Of a DNA stretch of 64,000 nucleotides, positions 1 through 9,220 are shown one piece after another; position 1 is the stretch's first letter, and each line of letters opens with the position of its first letter. The position numbers and the translations under genes were made by a program. The DNA lies in assembly GCA_030679255.1 (NCBI GenBank), contig JAUXTO010000022.1:64915-128914 (forward strand). Reading direction: 5' to 3'. Origin of the DNA: Candidatus Gottesmanbacteria bacterium (GTDB lineage Bacteria; Patescibacteriota; Microgenomatia; UBA10105; UBA927). The notes under the pieces are model-generated. The model ran no database searches, was not told the DNA's origin, and saw only the letters and a program-made list of their open reading frames with translations.

Positions 1-2
1 TC

Positions 3-464
3 GGCATCAACGTTACCCGCGAAAACGCCTTTGTCGTGGCAAAAATCTTTGAAGCCAATGGGCTTCATGTCCACGTCAGAAAACCAGGTGACATATTTAA
101 AAATGGATTTGTCTATATCCAGGGCGGAGGCGAACCAGGTCATACGACTGATTATGTTGCGGTTCAGGCAGCCCGCGAGGCTCATCAACAGGTTCTGCTC
201 AATATTTCTTCGACGCAAGGACTATACCGCGTCACAGAAGGTAAAATGGATAAAAACGATGTAATCGATTCGATCAGTTGGGATGACTATCTCGCATTAT
301 TTCCCAAAGGACATGAGCCGGGTATTAATATTCCATTTGATCATGAAGCAGCGCTCTTTGCACAAAAAAATGCTATCACGGTTATTTTAATAGGACCAGA
401 TATAGAAAATATTTCCAATCTCCTCGCCGGAAAGGAATTTACGGGAACGATTATTCATCCATAA
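3..464 (+). CDS. pyrH: archaeal-type UMP kinase / amino-acid-kinase family (5'-truncated by window)
   Basis: Frame open from base 3 (GINVTRENA...). Motifs GGGEPGHTTDYVA, PFDHEAA and C-terminal GKEFTGTII resemble archaeal-type PyrH. Confidence 0.65.
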   Translation, partial: GINVTRENAFVVAKIFEANGLHVHVRKPGDIFKNGFVYIQGGGEPGHTTDYVAVQAAREAHQQVLLNISSTQGLYRVTEGKMDKNDVIDSISWDDYLALFPKGHEPGINIPFDHEAALFAQKNAITVILIGPDIENISNLLAGKEFTGTIIHP

Positions 465-546
465 AACTATCTTATAGTTTTACTTCCCCTCCCTTCTTTG
501 CTATACTGCGCCCCACGCTGTTGTTTCCTGCCAAATCGTGATTATT

Positions 547-3072
547 ATGGCCTCTTTACCAGAGGTTCGGCCGGAGACGAAGGATGATCATCATCTCGAA
601 TCCCCCACCGGGTCCTATCTATTTTCTCGGGCAATAGACGATGGCACGTCTACCATCCCTGTTACCAAAGACGCTCTTGGCGGTAAGGGCTTGGGTCTCG
701 TGGAGCTCAATAATTTAGGTCTCCCCGTTCCTCCGGGCTTTATCCTGACTACGGGAGCGTGGTGCGAGTGGGAAGCATCCGACCGCCAGCTTTCTGATCA
801 GCTCGCCCGCGAAATCTCCCAACAAATCATCGGTCTCGAAAAGAATTCCGGTAAACGCTTGGGTAATCCGGATAATCCCTTAATTGTATCCGTGCGTTCC
901 GGCGCCCCAGTTTCCATGCCGGGCGCGATGATCACCCTTCTCAACGTCGGACTCAATGATCGGACCGTCAAGGCTCTTGGAAAAGAAATCGGAGAGCAAA
1001 ACGCATGGAAATCATATCTCGAAATGATGATCCATCTCGGGGTCCAAGCCTACGGCATTCCGAAAGATATACTCCACGCAGTCAGAACAGAAAGTCTCAT
1101 GCGTCTTGGAGCAACGCGCGTCTCTGATCTTCCCGTCGCCGAACTTCAGGCCATGATTGACCGTGTCAAACAAATCTATACTGAAGCACACATAGAGTCT
1201 CCCCAGGATCCCCAAGAACAAATTCAAGCCGCCGTCCATGGAGTTTTTGCGTCCTGGAATACGCCCGAAGCATCGGAGTACCGCAGCCAGAATGGTATTT
1301 CTGACCATTTGGGGACCGCTGCCATTGTCCAGGAGATTGTCTGGGGACTTGGAAAAAATCATCAGGCCGGAGCCGGAGTGCTTCTGACGCGCAATATTCA
1401 AACAGGTGATCACATTCCCTCTGTAGCATTCGCAAGCGGCAAACAAGGCACGGCAATCGTCGGGGAACGGGGTACCCATCAACAATCCAAAGTCGAAGAT
1501 CTTCCGGTTCCGGATCACGCCAAACGAGAACTTACCCACATCGTGAGCGTTCTGGAAAAGCACTATCGTTACCCACAAGATGTTGAATTTACTTTTGACG
1601 GGGGCAAGGTATGGCTTCTGCAAACCCGCGACGTGCCGCTTCAACCCATGGCGCATTTCCGTGTGCTGAATGAACTTATTGGGTTGAATAAAACCTCCCG
1701 GGAAGACGCCATCAGACGCATGACGACACCTGAATTGCGATCGCTCCTCTCTGCTCCCCTAGATCCGGATATCGTCCGGGCAAAACGGAAGTCAGGGGAT
1801 GTTCTGGCAACAGGTATCTCCATTTCCATCGGCAATGCGTCGGGAAGAATTATTTCTTCACTTGATGAAGCGGGCGACTACATGGGGAAACCCTGCATCC
1901 TTGTCATGCCTTCCGTCTCCCTTCCTGTTATCACCAAACTCATGGACCGCACACAATACGCCAACATCCTCGGACTCATCGCGGGTAACGGTGGCATAGG
2001 CTCCCACATCGCGCGGGTCGGGACGAGAGTCGGCGAACGCATGCCGATCATCTTTGGAGCAAACACAAAATTATTACGAAGTCCACAAGAAATCACCATT
2101 GACGGGGCGACGGCGGAGATATTTACAGGGATTATTCCCCGGCTTCAAAACGGAAAAAATAAACTTCTCACCGGCACTGAGTACGATAGTGCGCTAGCGT
2201 GGTTTAACGCCAAACTCCGCAATCCCTGGCGGTACAGTACATCAGAAGGAGGTATCAATCAGCTTGTCGCTCTGGGTCAGGAAGCTATTACCAAAAGCCG
2301 TGATCTCTATAATTCTACCAAGGCCCGTGCCCAATATATGATCAACGCTCTCATACCGGATGAAATCCGTTTACCGTATACGGTTGTTCCCGCTACCGAT
2401 ACGAATCAAATGATGAGTCTCGCCAAAGATATTCTTGCCCGCGGTAATCACGTGACTCTGCGCACCTGTTTCTCTCCGGATCCCAGGGGAAAAGCTCCTT
2501 GGGTCATGCTCACATCAGAAGACCAAATCAAAGAATTTTTTGACAATCCGGATTTCCCCTGGAAATACGGCGGGTATGAAGCTTGGAAGACTGACCCCTC
2601 GCTCACGGAAATCCTCGTCGGCGAAATACCCCAAAACAAAATGAACGAAGACCCCGCGGTTCAATATGATTTTGCCAGTTGGACCGTGACATGTACCGAG
2701 CTTGGAGAAATTATCATGCAGATCCGCCCGCATACCGCCCATCTTCGTGGACACGAGGAGGCTAGCCCCGATGATCTCATCACGTATAGACTCGTCAAAG
2801 ATCCTTCAGACCCTGGCGGCATTCGCGTTGCCAATCAAACGGTCGGGGTAAATCTCACCGATGATGGCGTCGGCCACAACCTCGCTTCCCTATCCGTCAC
2901 CCGTCTCATGGACTGGTGGAAACGATATAATTTGCCCAAGCGTCTTGCCGCAGCCGGAGCGCTCTACCCGCCGCCCCATTTTGCTATTCCCGTCCTGGAA
3001 GGTCAATCCCGCGTAGGTTTAGAAGATTGGTGCGCTATCTACGGCATCAAGAGTGATAATGTAGAAGTATAA
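547..3072 (+). CDS. PPDK-like protein: ATP-grasp + phospho-His swivel + unrecognised C-terminal domain
   Basis: LGGKG..LGLPVPPGFILTT, VSVRSGAPVSMPG and QDVEFT..LLQTR are PPDK N-terminal motifs; GGIGSHIA is the His-domain motif. No PEP/pyruvate-binding TIM-barrel motifs in the last ~310 aa. Confidence 0.75.
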   Translation: MASLPEVRPETKDDHHLESPTGSYLFSRAIDDGTSTIPVTKDALGGKGLGLVELNNLGLPVPPGFILTTGAWCEWEASDRQLSDQLAREISQQIIGLEKNSGKRLGNPDNPLIVSVRSGAPVSMPGAMITLLNVGLNDRTVKALGKEIGEQNAWKSYLEMMIHLGVQAYGIPKDILHAVRTESLMRLGATRVSDLPVAELQAMIDRVKQIYTEAHIESPQDPQEQIQAAVHGVFASWNTPEASEYRSQNGISDHLGTAAIVQEIVWGLGKNHQAGAGVLLTRNIQTGDHIPSVAFASGKQGTAIVGERGTHQQSKVEDLPVPDHAKRELTHIVSVLEKHYRYPQDVEFTFDGGKVWLLQTRDVPLQPMAHFRVLNELIGLNKTSREDAIRRMTTPELRSLLSAPLDPDIVRAKRKSGDVLATGISISIGNASGRIISSLDEAGDYMGKPCILVMPSVSLPVITKLMDRTQYANILGLIAGNGGIGSHIARVGTRVGERMPIIFGANTKLLRSPQEITIDGATAEIFTGIIPRLQNGKNKLLTGTEYDSALAWFNAKLRNPWRYSTSEGGINQLVALGQEAITKSRDLYNSTKARAQYMINALIPDEIRLPYTVVPATDTNQMMSLAKDILARGNHVTLRTCFSPDPRGKAPWVMLTSEDQIKEFFDNPDFPWKYGGYEAWKTDPSLTEILVGEIPQNKMNEDPAVQYDFASWTVTCTELGEIIMQIRPHTAHLRGHEEASPDDLITYRLVKDPSDPGGIRVANQTVGVNLTDDGVGHNLASLSVTRLMDWWKRYNLPKRLAAAGALYPPPHFAIPVLEGQSRVGLEDWCAIYGIKSDNVEV

Positions 3073-3118
3073 ATGCCATCAACTCTTTCTTAAACCGCTC
3101 TTTCCCAAATCTTTTCGA
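3071..3118 (-). repeat. displaced copy of the glycosyltransferase 3' end
   Basis: 3087-3110 is identical to 6067-6090 (24 nt). It reads KRFGKERFKKELMAF versus EKFGKERFKKELRDF in the gene. Confidence 0.8.
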
Positions 3119-3215
3119 CCTGATTATATACAAACGATCGAGTCATTACCGTAATGAGGCGAAGTTATGAACGGAAAGTTGTGGAAAAGAAAAATTTTGT
3201 TATACTCTTTAAATC

Positions 3216-3821
3216 ATGAACAAAAAACGAAGTGGCGCTATTATTGCATTGCTCGGTACAGCGGGAAGCGGGAAATCCACGTTTGCCGACCATCTGGGTA
3301 CGGCACTTCACGCAACAGTGTATAAAGAAAAAACAGACGGAAACCCATTTCAATCGTCGGCGCACACATCCACAGGAAAAATTTTCGAAAATCAGGTATG
3401 GTTTCTTCTCCAAAGCGTTCATCGGTGGACTGAAGCCATACACATTGTAAAAAATGGAAATATTGCCATCATGGATACATATGTTCCATTTAATGATTTT
3501 CATTCAAAACTTGCGTTTGATCATCACTCGTATGCGCTCTATGAACAACTATCTCAACGACTCAGTACCCATATGACTCAACCTAATCTCGTCGTCTATC
3601 TTTTTGATACTGTTGACTATCTTATGGACAGACTCCGGCGCCGAAACACGGCCTATGACAAAAACGTCAACCCCGAATATCTTCATAAACTTCAAACTCT
3701 CCACGACGCATGGATTTCCTCAAATCTCCTCCCAATATTACGCATCCGCTCACGTGAATTAGAAAATAGTGACGTTGAAGCCACGCATATTGCGGATATT
3801 CGACAACGAATCCAACAATAG
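3216..3821 (+). CDS. deoxynucleoside kinase family
   Basis: P-loop GTAGSGKST, QVWFL, PNLVVYL, RLRRRN lid and EYLHKL...HDAW. Confidence 0.8.
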   Translation: MNKKRSGAIIALLGTAGSGKSTFADHLGTALHATVYKEKTDGNPFQSSAHTSTGKIFENQVWFLLQSVHRWTEAIHIVKNGNIAIMDTYVPFNDFHSKLAFDHHSYALYEQLSQRLSTHMTQPNLVVYLFDTVDYLMDRLRRRNTAYDKNVNPEYLHKLQTLHDAWISSNLLPILRIRSRELENSDVEATHIADIRQRIQQ

Positions 3822-3829
3822 TACTATCC

Positions 3830-5257
3830 TCATTTCCTTGCTCGATCGGACTCGGTGAGCATCATATGGAGAGAAGATAACGCCTCATTTTTTCTTTCCC
3901 CTAACCAAATATAATCCCTCAGTGCAGATATCAGATTTTCGATCATGATACCTACGTCCTCCATTGGATATTTTTTGAACTTAATCATCTGTTTCCCTTC
4001 AAAAAAGGGTGTCTCTATAACCGTACTTAAATAGGTCTGATACGAGTGTCTTGGGACAATTTTTATATCCCGCGGTGCCGCGGGTAGCAATACAAATTCT
4101 CTTTTTGACTGCAGAAGCGACTGCCTGGCAACTTCTACAAGAAAATCGGCTATACCAAGATATATATAATTTTCTTTCCCTTCACGCTCCTGCCATGTTG
4201 AAAAATATTCTTTCGCCTTCTCATTTCCCTCGTCTATATCGCCAAAAAAACGATACATCAAAACGTCGATTGTCTTGTCAAAGAGCAGACTTCCTTGTGT
4301 CTCGTAGCCTCTGGTGCCTTTTGATCGTTTCCCAATGGCCTGAAGAAGCTGCTCCGCGAGTTTGTCTTGACCTATCAAACGAATGACAGTTGGTTGATTT
4401 GCATAGATTGCCCCTTTCCATCGTGGATCCGTCATTTTTATGCCCAAAACGCCACAGCTCACAAGAAATTCGCGTAAGGTGAGATAGTGACGTTGTATCT
4501 CTCTTTGTAAACCCAACGGGGCGTCTACACGAACTGAAAGATGTGTTTGTACGTCCTTCCATTCCCGAAGTTTTTCATCTCCATCGATTGATTGGTAAAA
4601 ACGAATCGCTTCCTGCTTATTGGTATACGGGGTAACACTTTGAGTAAGAAAATCCGGTAAAAAATGTTTAAGAAAGGCGACCCACGTCGGATTTTTATAC
4701 AATTGATCACTATGCTGAAAAAAGTCTCTATTTGGTGCGAATATATCGCGATAACAAACTATCCCGTTTGGTATAAGCACTCTGGTCATTTCTCGTAACG
4801 CCTTCCGTACCTCCTGTAATCCACCGCCGTAAGAATACACCTCATGCAACACAGCAGAAATGTTAATCCCCGAAAATGTTTCATTCCCGAAGGGCAATTT
4901 CTGTGCCTTGCCGGCAACGACATGAGAGCAATCTTCAAGCATTCGTACCCGGGGGCCTCGCGAGGCAAGCTCATCATTATCAAATAAATCAAGCGATACC
5001 AACTGAACCGGGTATCCAAGTGGGCTTTCACGGATAATACTGTCCAAGCGCCGAATGCTCTCTCCGCTCCCCGGTCCTATCTCTAAAATTCGCACCTCGT
5101 GATCAATAATGGGAAGCTCATTTTTTCGCAACGAATCAACCATTAATGCGTTTTTTTCCTCATTTGCTCCACAAATCGCAAATAAATATTCTTTTGAATA
5201 CTTTTCTGATGGGACGATGTAATTATTTTTTTTTACCATAAACGGGGCCTGCTCCAT
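3830..5257 (-). CDS. class I SAM-dependent methyltransferase with a large C-terminal extension
   Basis: ILEIGPGSG, LPFGNETF, SAVLHEVYSY and RVLIPNG. Confidence 0.75.
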   Translation of the reverse strand: MEQAPFMVKKNNYIVPSEKYSKEYLFAICGANEEKNALMVDSLRKNELPIIDHEVRILEIGPGSGESIRRLDSIIRESPLGYPVQLVSLDLFDNDELASRGPRVRMLEDCSHVVAGKAQKLPFGNETFSGINISAVLHEVYSYGGGLQEVRKALREMTRVLIPNGIVCYRDIFAPNRDFFQHSDQLYKNPTWVAFLKHFLPDFLTQSVTPYTNKQEAIRFYQSIDGDEKLREWKDVQTHLSVRVDAPLGLQREIQRHYLTLREFLVSCGVLGIKMTDPRWKGAIYANQPTVIRLIGQDKLAEQLLQAIGKRSKGTRGYETQGSLLFDKTIDVLMYRFFGDIDEGNEKAKEYFSTWQEREGKENYIYLGIADFLVEVARQSLLQSKREFVLLPAAPRDIKIVPRHSYQTYLSTVIETPFFEGKQMIKFKKYPMEDVGIMIENLISALRDYIWLGERKNEALSSLHMMLTESDRARK

Positions 5258-5950
5258 TTATGCGACACGCTTTTGTTTAATATAATCCACAAGGCGCGTC
5301 CCCTGTGCCCCGGAGACGACACGGTCAGACATTCTCTGAAGATATCCCGATCGTTCCATTCTTCGTATGATCCGTCTGGCGTTGGGTTCAAGCTTAACGG
5401 CACTCAATGAAGCTATTGGCATCCAGGAAAAAGAGCCAAGCTCTCGAGCTTTCTTCTTAGCGTCATGATCATCAATGAGCGAAAGAACGTCTGGTGATGT
5501 ACCAACTATGACGCAATGGACTCGGATTTTTTGACGCGCGCGGGGATCACGGTAGTCTGTCTCCCGAAATGCATCGTCGGGAACAAACATTTTTTGCAGA
5601 GCGAACGGGCCAATTTCTTCTACAATTGCGCGGTCCAAATTATCTATAAAACACTCAAATTGTCCTTTATTGGGGCCGTCAACGTACCGTTCAATCGTCT
5701 CTGTAAATACATTCCACTGGCCTGCAAACCGTCCGATTTGAGGTTTCTCACGGTGACTTGGCACCTGATTAAGCAATAACTCACCCTGTTGGTTTATGAT
5801 AAGTAGCACGATACCTCCACCGACATATCCACGTCGACTTAGCTCGTCCCATGGCGTCTCAAATGGCGATAAAAGCGTTGGGTGATCCAGATAGTACGAT
5901 CGCTGTGCTGCCTCTGGTTGTTTTAATAATGATTCCTTCACTGAATTCAT
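5258..5950 (-). CDS. divergent NUDIX-fold protein
   Basis: LLIINQQGELLL...QWN...ECFIDNLDRAIVEEIG is a degenerate Nudix box. Abuts the methyltransferase gene. Confidence 0.5.
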   Translation of the reverse strand: MNSVKESLLKQPEAAQRSYYLDHPTLLSPFETPWDELSRRGYVGGGIVLLIINQQGELLLNQVPSHREKPQIGRFAGQWNVFTETIERYVDGPNKGQFECFIDNLDRAIVEEIGPFALQKMFVPDDAFRETDYRDPRARQKIRVHCVIVGTSPDVLSLIDDHDAKKKARELGSFSWMPIASLSAVKLEPNARRIIRRMERSGYLQRMSDRVVSGAQGTRLVDYIKQKRVA

Positions 5951-6026
5951 AATACAACTCTTACCAGAGTATCTACTATTGCCATAGGCAATCCAGTTCT
6001 ATACCCAATCGAAGATAAATGCAAGT

Positions 6027-7277
6027 TTAGCGGTGTAAATGCGCTTCAACGAAGTCCCTGAGTTCCTTCTTAAACCGCTCTTTCCCAAATTTTTCCGCCT
6101 GCGCTCTACATTGATTTTCCCAATTTCTCCCCAATTTCTCCCGCGAAGCGGGACCGAATCTCCCTAACGCCCCCACCAAACTCTCCACCGTCGGCGTGTC
6201 AAATAATATTCCCGTCTTTCCATCGATGACCGTCTCGACGATTCCCCCCTGGGCAAGGGCAATGACGGGCGTCCCATGGGCCATCGCCTCGACCGGTACC
6301 ATCCCAAAATCCTCATCGAGAGCACAAAAGATGAGCGCCTTGGCCCCGGCATACAGTCTCCCCAACTTCTCATCGGATACGGATCCCAAAAACTCCACGT
6401 TTCCTAAATTCTTGCTTTGTAAGGCCTGGCCTTGCGAAGCTAGCTTTTTGAGAGATTCCTCTTCTTTTCCCGTCCCGACGATCTTAAGCGGCAATCCAAG
6501 TTTGGCACACGCCGCTATCGCCAAATCCACCCGCTTACTGTACGTGAGCCTCCCAACTGATAAATAATATTCCTTTTTATGAACTTGGAATTTGGTGCTT
6601 GGGATTTGTTTGGAATTTGGTGCTTGGGATTTGGGATTTACTTCAATCGGTGGATATATCACCGTGCTTTCCCTCCGATAAAACTTCGTGACTCTCCTAG
6701 CCGTCTCCTTGGAGTTGGCCACAAAGTAATCCACTTTTTGTGCAGTTTCCCAGTCATAATGCCGCAGGAAAAAATTGACAACCGCCGCATACACTCGCAC
6801 GATCCAATATTTCTGCAAATCACTCCCCGTCGCATACCCATAGAGATTCCTCGGCGGATGGTGGATATAGCAGACGTGGACGGTCTTCCGTCCCGTCCCG
6901 AGCGAAGTCGAGGGATCTGACAACTGACGACTGACGACTGACGACTCTCTCACCTTCACTCCTCTACACATAAACCACCCGCTACTACTGATCACCACGT
7001 CGTAACCGGAAAGATCGAAACTCCCCCATATCCACGGCGCGAGGAACCGGAGGGGTGAAATAAATTTTTTGATGAACCAGTGGTGCTGCACCCAACTCGT
7101 CCGTATGTCCCAAGACTTAAATAACTCCACTTTACCCGCCGGAGCCCGGGCGAAGGAGGGCCAGTCAACGAAGGAGGTATATAGCGGCGCATCCGGCCAC
7201 ATCTCATGCAAGGTTTCCACTACTCTTTCGGCGCCTCCGTATTCTCTGAGATAGTCATGGACTAAGGCAACTTTCAT
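6027..7277 (-). CDS. glycosyltransferase family 4 (GT-B)
   Basis: KVALVHDYL..GGAERV, YLSVGRL..KRVDLAI and EDFGMVPVEAMAHG. Carries several in-frame repeat insertions. Confidence 0.92.
   Translation of the reverse strand: MKVALVHDYLREYGGAERVVETLHEMWPDAPLYTSFVDWPSFARAPAGKVELFKSWDIRTSWVQHHWFIKKFISPLRFLAPWIWGSFDLSGYDVVISSSGWFMCRGVKVRESSVVSRQLSDPSTSLGTGRKTVHVCYIHHPPRNLYGYATGSDLQKYWIVRVYAAVVNFFLRHYDWETAQKVDYFVANSKETARRVTKFYRRESTVIYPPIEVNPKSQAPNSKQIPSTKFQVHKKEYYLSVGRLTYSKRVDLAIAACAKLGLPLKIVGTGKEEESLKKLASQGQALQSKNLGNVEFLGSVSDEKLGRLYAGAKALIFCALDEDFGMVPVEAMAHGTPVIALAQGGIVETVIDGKTGILFDTPTVESLVGALGRFGPASREKLGRNWENQCRAQAEKFGKERFKKELRDFVEAHLHR
6585..6639. repeat. 7-mer (TTGGRAT/TTGGTGC) tandem repeat inserted in frame
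   Basis: 46 nt identical between 6588-6633 and 8807-8852; related copy at ~28166-28203. Confidence 0.9.
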
Positions 7278-7372
7278 ATAATGATAAGAAACCGCAGCCC
7301 CGTACTCACGCTCTTCGCGAGCGCGAGGCTGTAAGCCTCCGGCGCGAAGTAAGTGCAGTACTGGGGCATGGA

Positions 7373-7435
7373 TTCGAGCACCCGCTCCGCCCCCCCATAC
7401 TCCCGAAGATAATCATGAACCAATGCTACTTTCAT
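7373..7435 (-). pseudogene. duplicated 5' end of the glycosyltransferase (MKVALVHDYLREYGGAERVLE)
   Basis: 19 identical residues with mostly different synonymous codons versus the intact start at 7277. It is followed by a palindromic element at ~7298-7368. Confidence 0.8.
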
Positions 7436-7474
7436 AATTTGACAATTGACGCTATCATGATATACTATTTTCAT

Positions 7475-7540
7475 AGTCGGATTCGAAGCGACCCCTCGCC
7501 GTAAAAGCGGAGAGTGATGTCGATAAGACCGGCTTTTTTT
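7475..7540 (+). ncRNA. putative small structured RNA convergent with the DUF3800-like gene
   Basis: TTGACA(7439)-16-TATACT(7461) promoter, extended hairpin closed by AGTCGG/CCGGCT, and a T7 tract at 7534-7540. Confidence 0.45.
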
Positions 7541-7556
7541 ATTCCCCGACCTCTTT

Positions 7557-8006
7557 CTATTGTATATACTTCAAAATCTTTTTCTCCGAAATTCGTTTCG
7601 TCTCAGCCAATCGCCCCTTTGATCGATGAACGCGCCAGGCAAGCTTGTGAGCCGCAGCTAGTTTTCCAATCCTCACGAAACGGACGCTAGGAATTCTTTT
7701 TATCCGATTTTGGAAAAACAATTTTTTGAGTGTCTCTTCTATTATCTCGTTCTTCCCTGTATATTCTTCATCAATCTTCAATATATCTATCGTGTGGTCT
7801 TCAATCAAAATAAATAATATGACACTGAATATAATTGCCGGTAAATCCTTCGCGGGAATAAAACTGTTACGACGAAGGTGGACGATAAGCTTTCTTTTTG
7901 CTCCGGCGTTCACAAACACCGCACCGCTTATTCCATTTGCGAAAGCTATTGCTGTCCCCGTGCTCAAATCCTCAACCCTACCGCTTTGATCAACTTCTAT
8001 TATCAT
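7557..8006 (-). CDS. hypothetical protein, DUF3800-like (RNase H-like start motif)
   Basis: N-terminal IEVDQSG resembles the DUF3800 xIDESG motif; internal IDEEY. Confidence 0.45.
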   Translation of the reverse strand: MIIEVDQSGRVEDLSTGTAIAFANGISGAVFVNAGAKRKLIVHLRRNSFIPAKDLPAIIFSVILFILIEDHTIDILKIDEEYTGKNEIIEETLKKLFFQNRIKRIPSVRFVRIGKLAAAHKLAWRVHRSKGRLAETKRISEKKILKYIQ

Positions 8007-8010
8007 AGTA

Positions 8011-9213
8011 TCAAAATAACTCTTGCTGCTCCCCCGCTTTCTCCTTCGCCCGCCTCGCCCGCCATAGCTTCAGCGGCGGCGGGCCTTCCTGTCCTCCCGT
8101 CTTATCGTCTTGTACCCCAGTTAATCGTTTAAGAAGCGACGGAAAATGAAACTCGCCAAGCTTCTCCCTGGCTTCCGGCGTATCAAGCGTTTCAAGCGGC
8201 GCAAGCTCCCCCATTTTTACCGGCACATCAGTCCGTATCGTCGCCAAATCTTTACTCATCCTCGCCATCTCCTCCCCGTTTCGAAGTTTTTCAATGACTC
8301 CCGCTGACAGCTGACCCGCTTCGCCGGAGCTCCCGCTTCGCCGATTCAGCGAGGCGAGTAAGCGAGGCGAGGAGCTGTGAGCTGAGAGCTTTTTCCCCTC
8401 CCTTTTTCCTGCTTTCTGTTTACCCAGCACCCTAATGCCCCGGTCGTTAGCCCAAGCACCATTTGAATGGTGCTGGGTAATGTCGTGGGTGCTGGGTTTA
8501 TTGTTTACTGTCCTATATAACGCATCAATATCCCCATAGTGTGTGATGATCCCCACCGCCGTCTTTGGCCCAATTCCCGCCACCCCTGGATAATTATCCG
8601 AGCTGTCCCCCATGAGGGCCTTGAGTTCCGGTATCTGTTTCGGGGTCACCCCGAGCCGCTCCACGACCTCCACTTCTCCATAGAGTTTCCCCTCCGACAA
8701 TCCCTTCGTCGGCATAAACACTTTCACGCGCCGCGCGTCATCGACTAACTGCAATATATCCTTATCCCCCGTCACGATGATCACTTCATCAATGTTTGAA
8801 ACATTTGAATTTGGTGCTTGGGATTTGTTTGGAATTTGGTGCTTGGGATTTGTGATTTGTCGGCACACCGTGCCGATCACATCATCCGCCTCATACCCCG
8901 CTTTATCATAAATAGGTATCCCAAACGCCCGGACCATATCCTGCACTTTTGGAATTTGCGATACGAGATCCGCATCCATCTCCGGCCGCTTGCCCTGATA
9001 GTCTTTATAGAGTGACTTTCGGAATGTCTTCTCCGGCCGGTCAAACGCTACGGCCATGTGGGTGGGTTTGAGATCTTGAAATAATTTGATGAGGATCGAC
9101 ACAAATCCGTACACGGCGTTCACCGGCTGACCGTCCGGAGCAGTAAGGGGCGGCAGCGCATGGTACGCGCGGTGGAGGATAGCGTTCCCATCAATGAGGA
9201 CGAGCCTATTCAT
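8011..9213 (-). CDS. stand-alone 5'-3' exonuclease (PolA N-terminal / FEN-like)
   Basis: LVLIDGNAILHRAYHA, YEADDVIG, TGDKD and LMGDSSDNYPGVAGIGPKTA; no polymerase domain. Confidence 0.9.
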   Translation of the reverse strand: MNRLVLIDGNAILHRAYHALPPLTAPDGQPVNAVYGFVSILIKLFQDLKPTHMAVAFDRPEKTFRKSLYKDYQGKRPEMDADLVSQIPKVQDMVRAFGIPIYDKAGYEADDVIGTVCRQITNPKHQIPNKSQAPNSNVSNIDEVIIVTGDKDILQLVDDARRVKVFMPTKGLSEGKLYGEVEVVERLGVTPKQIPELKALMGDSSDNYPGVAGIGPKTAVGIITHYGDIDALYRTVNNKPSTHDITQHHSNGAWANDRGIRVLGKQKAGKREGKKLSAHSSSPRLLASLNRRSGSSGEAGQLSAGVIEKLRNGEEMARMSKDLATIRTDVPVKMGELAPLETLDTPEAREKLGEFHFPSLLKRLTGVQDDKTGGQEGPPPLKLWRARRAKEKAGEQQELF

Positions 9214-9220
9214 GAAGATA

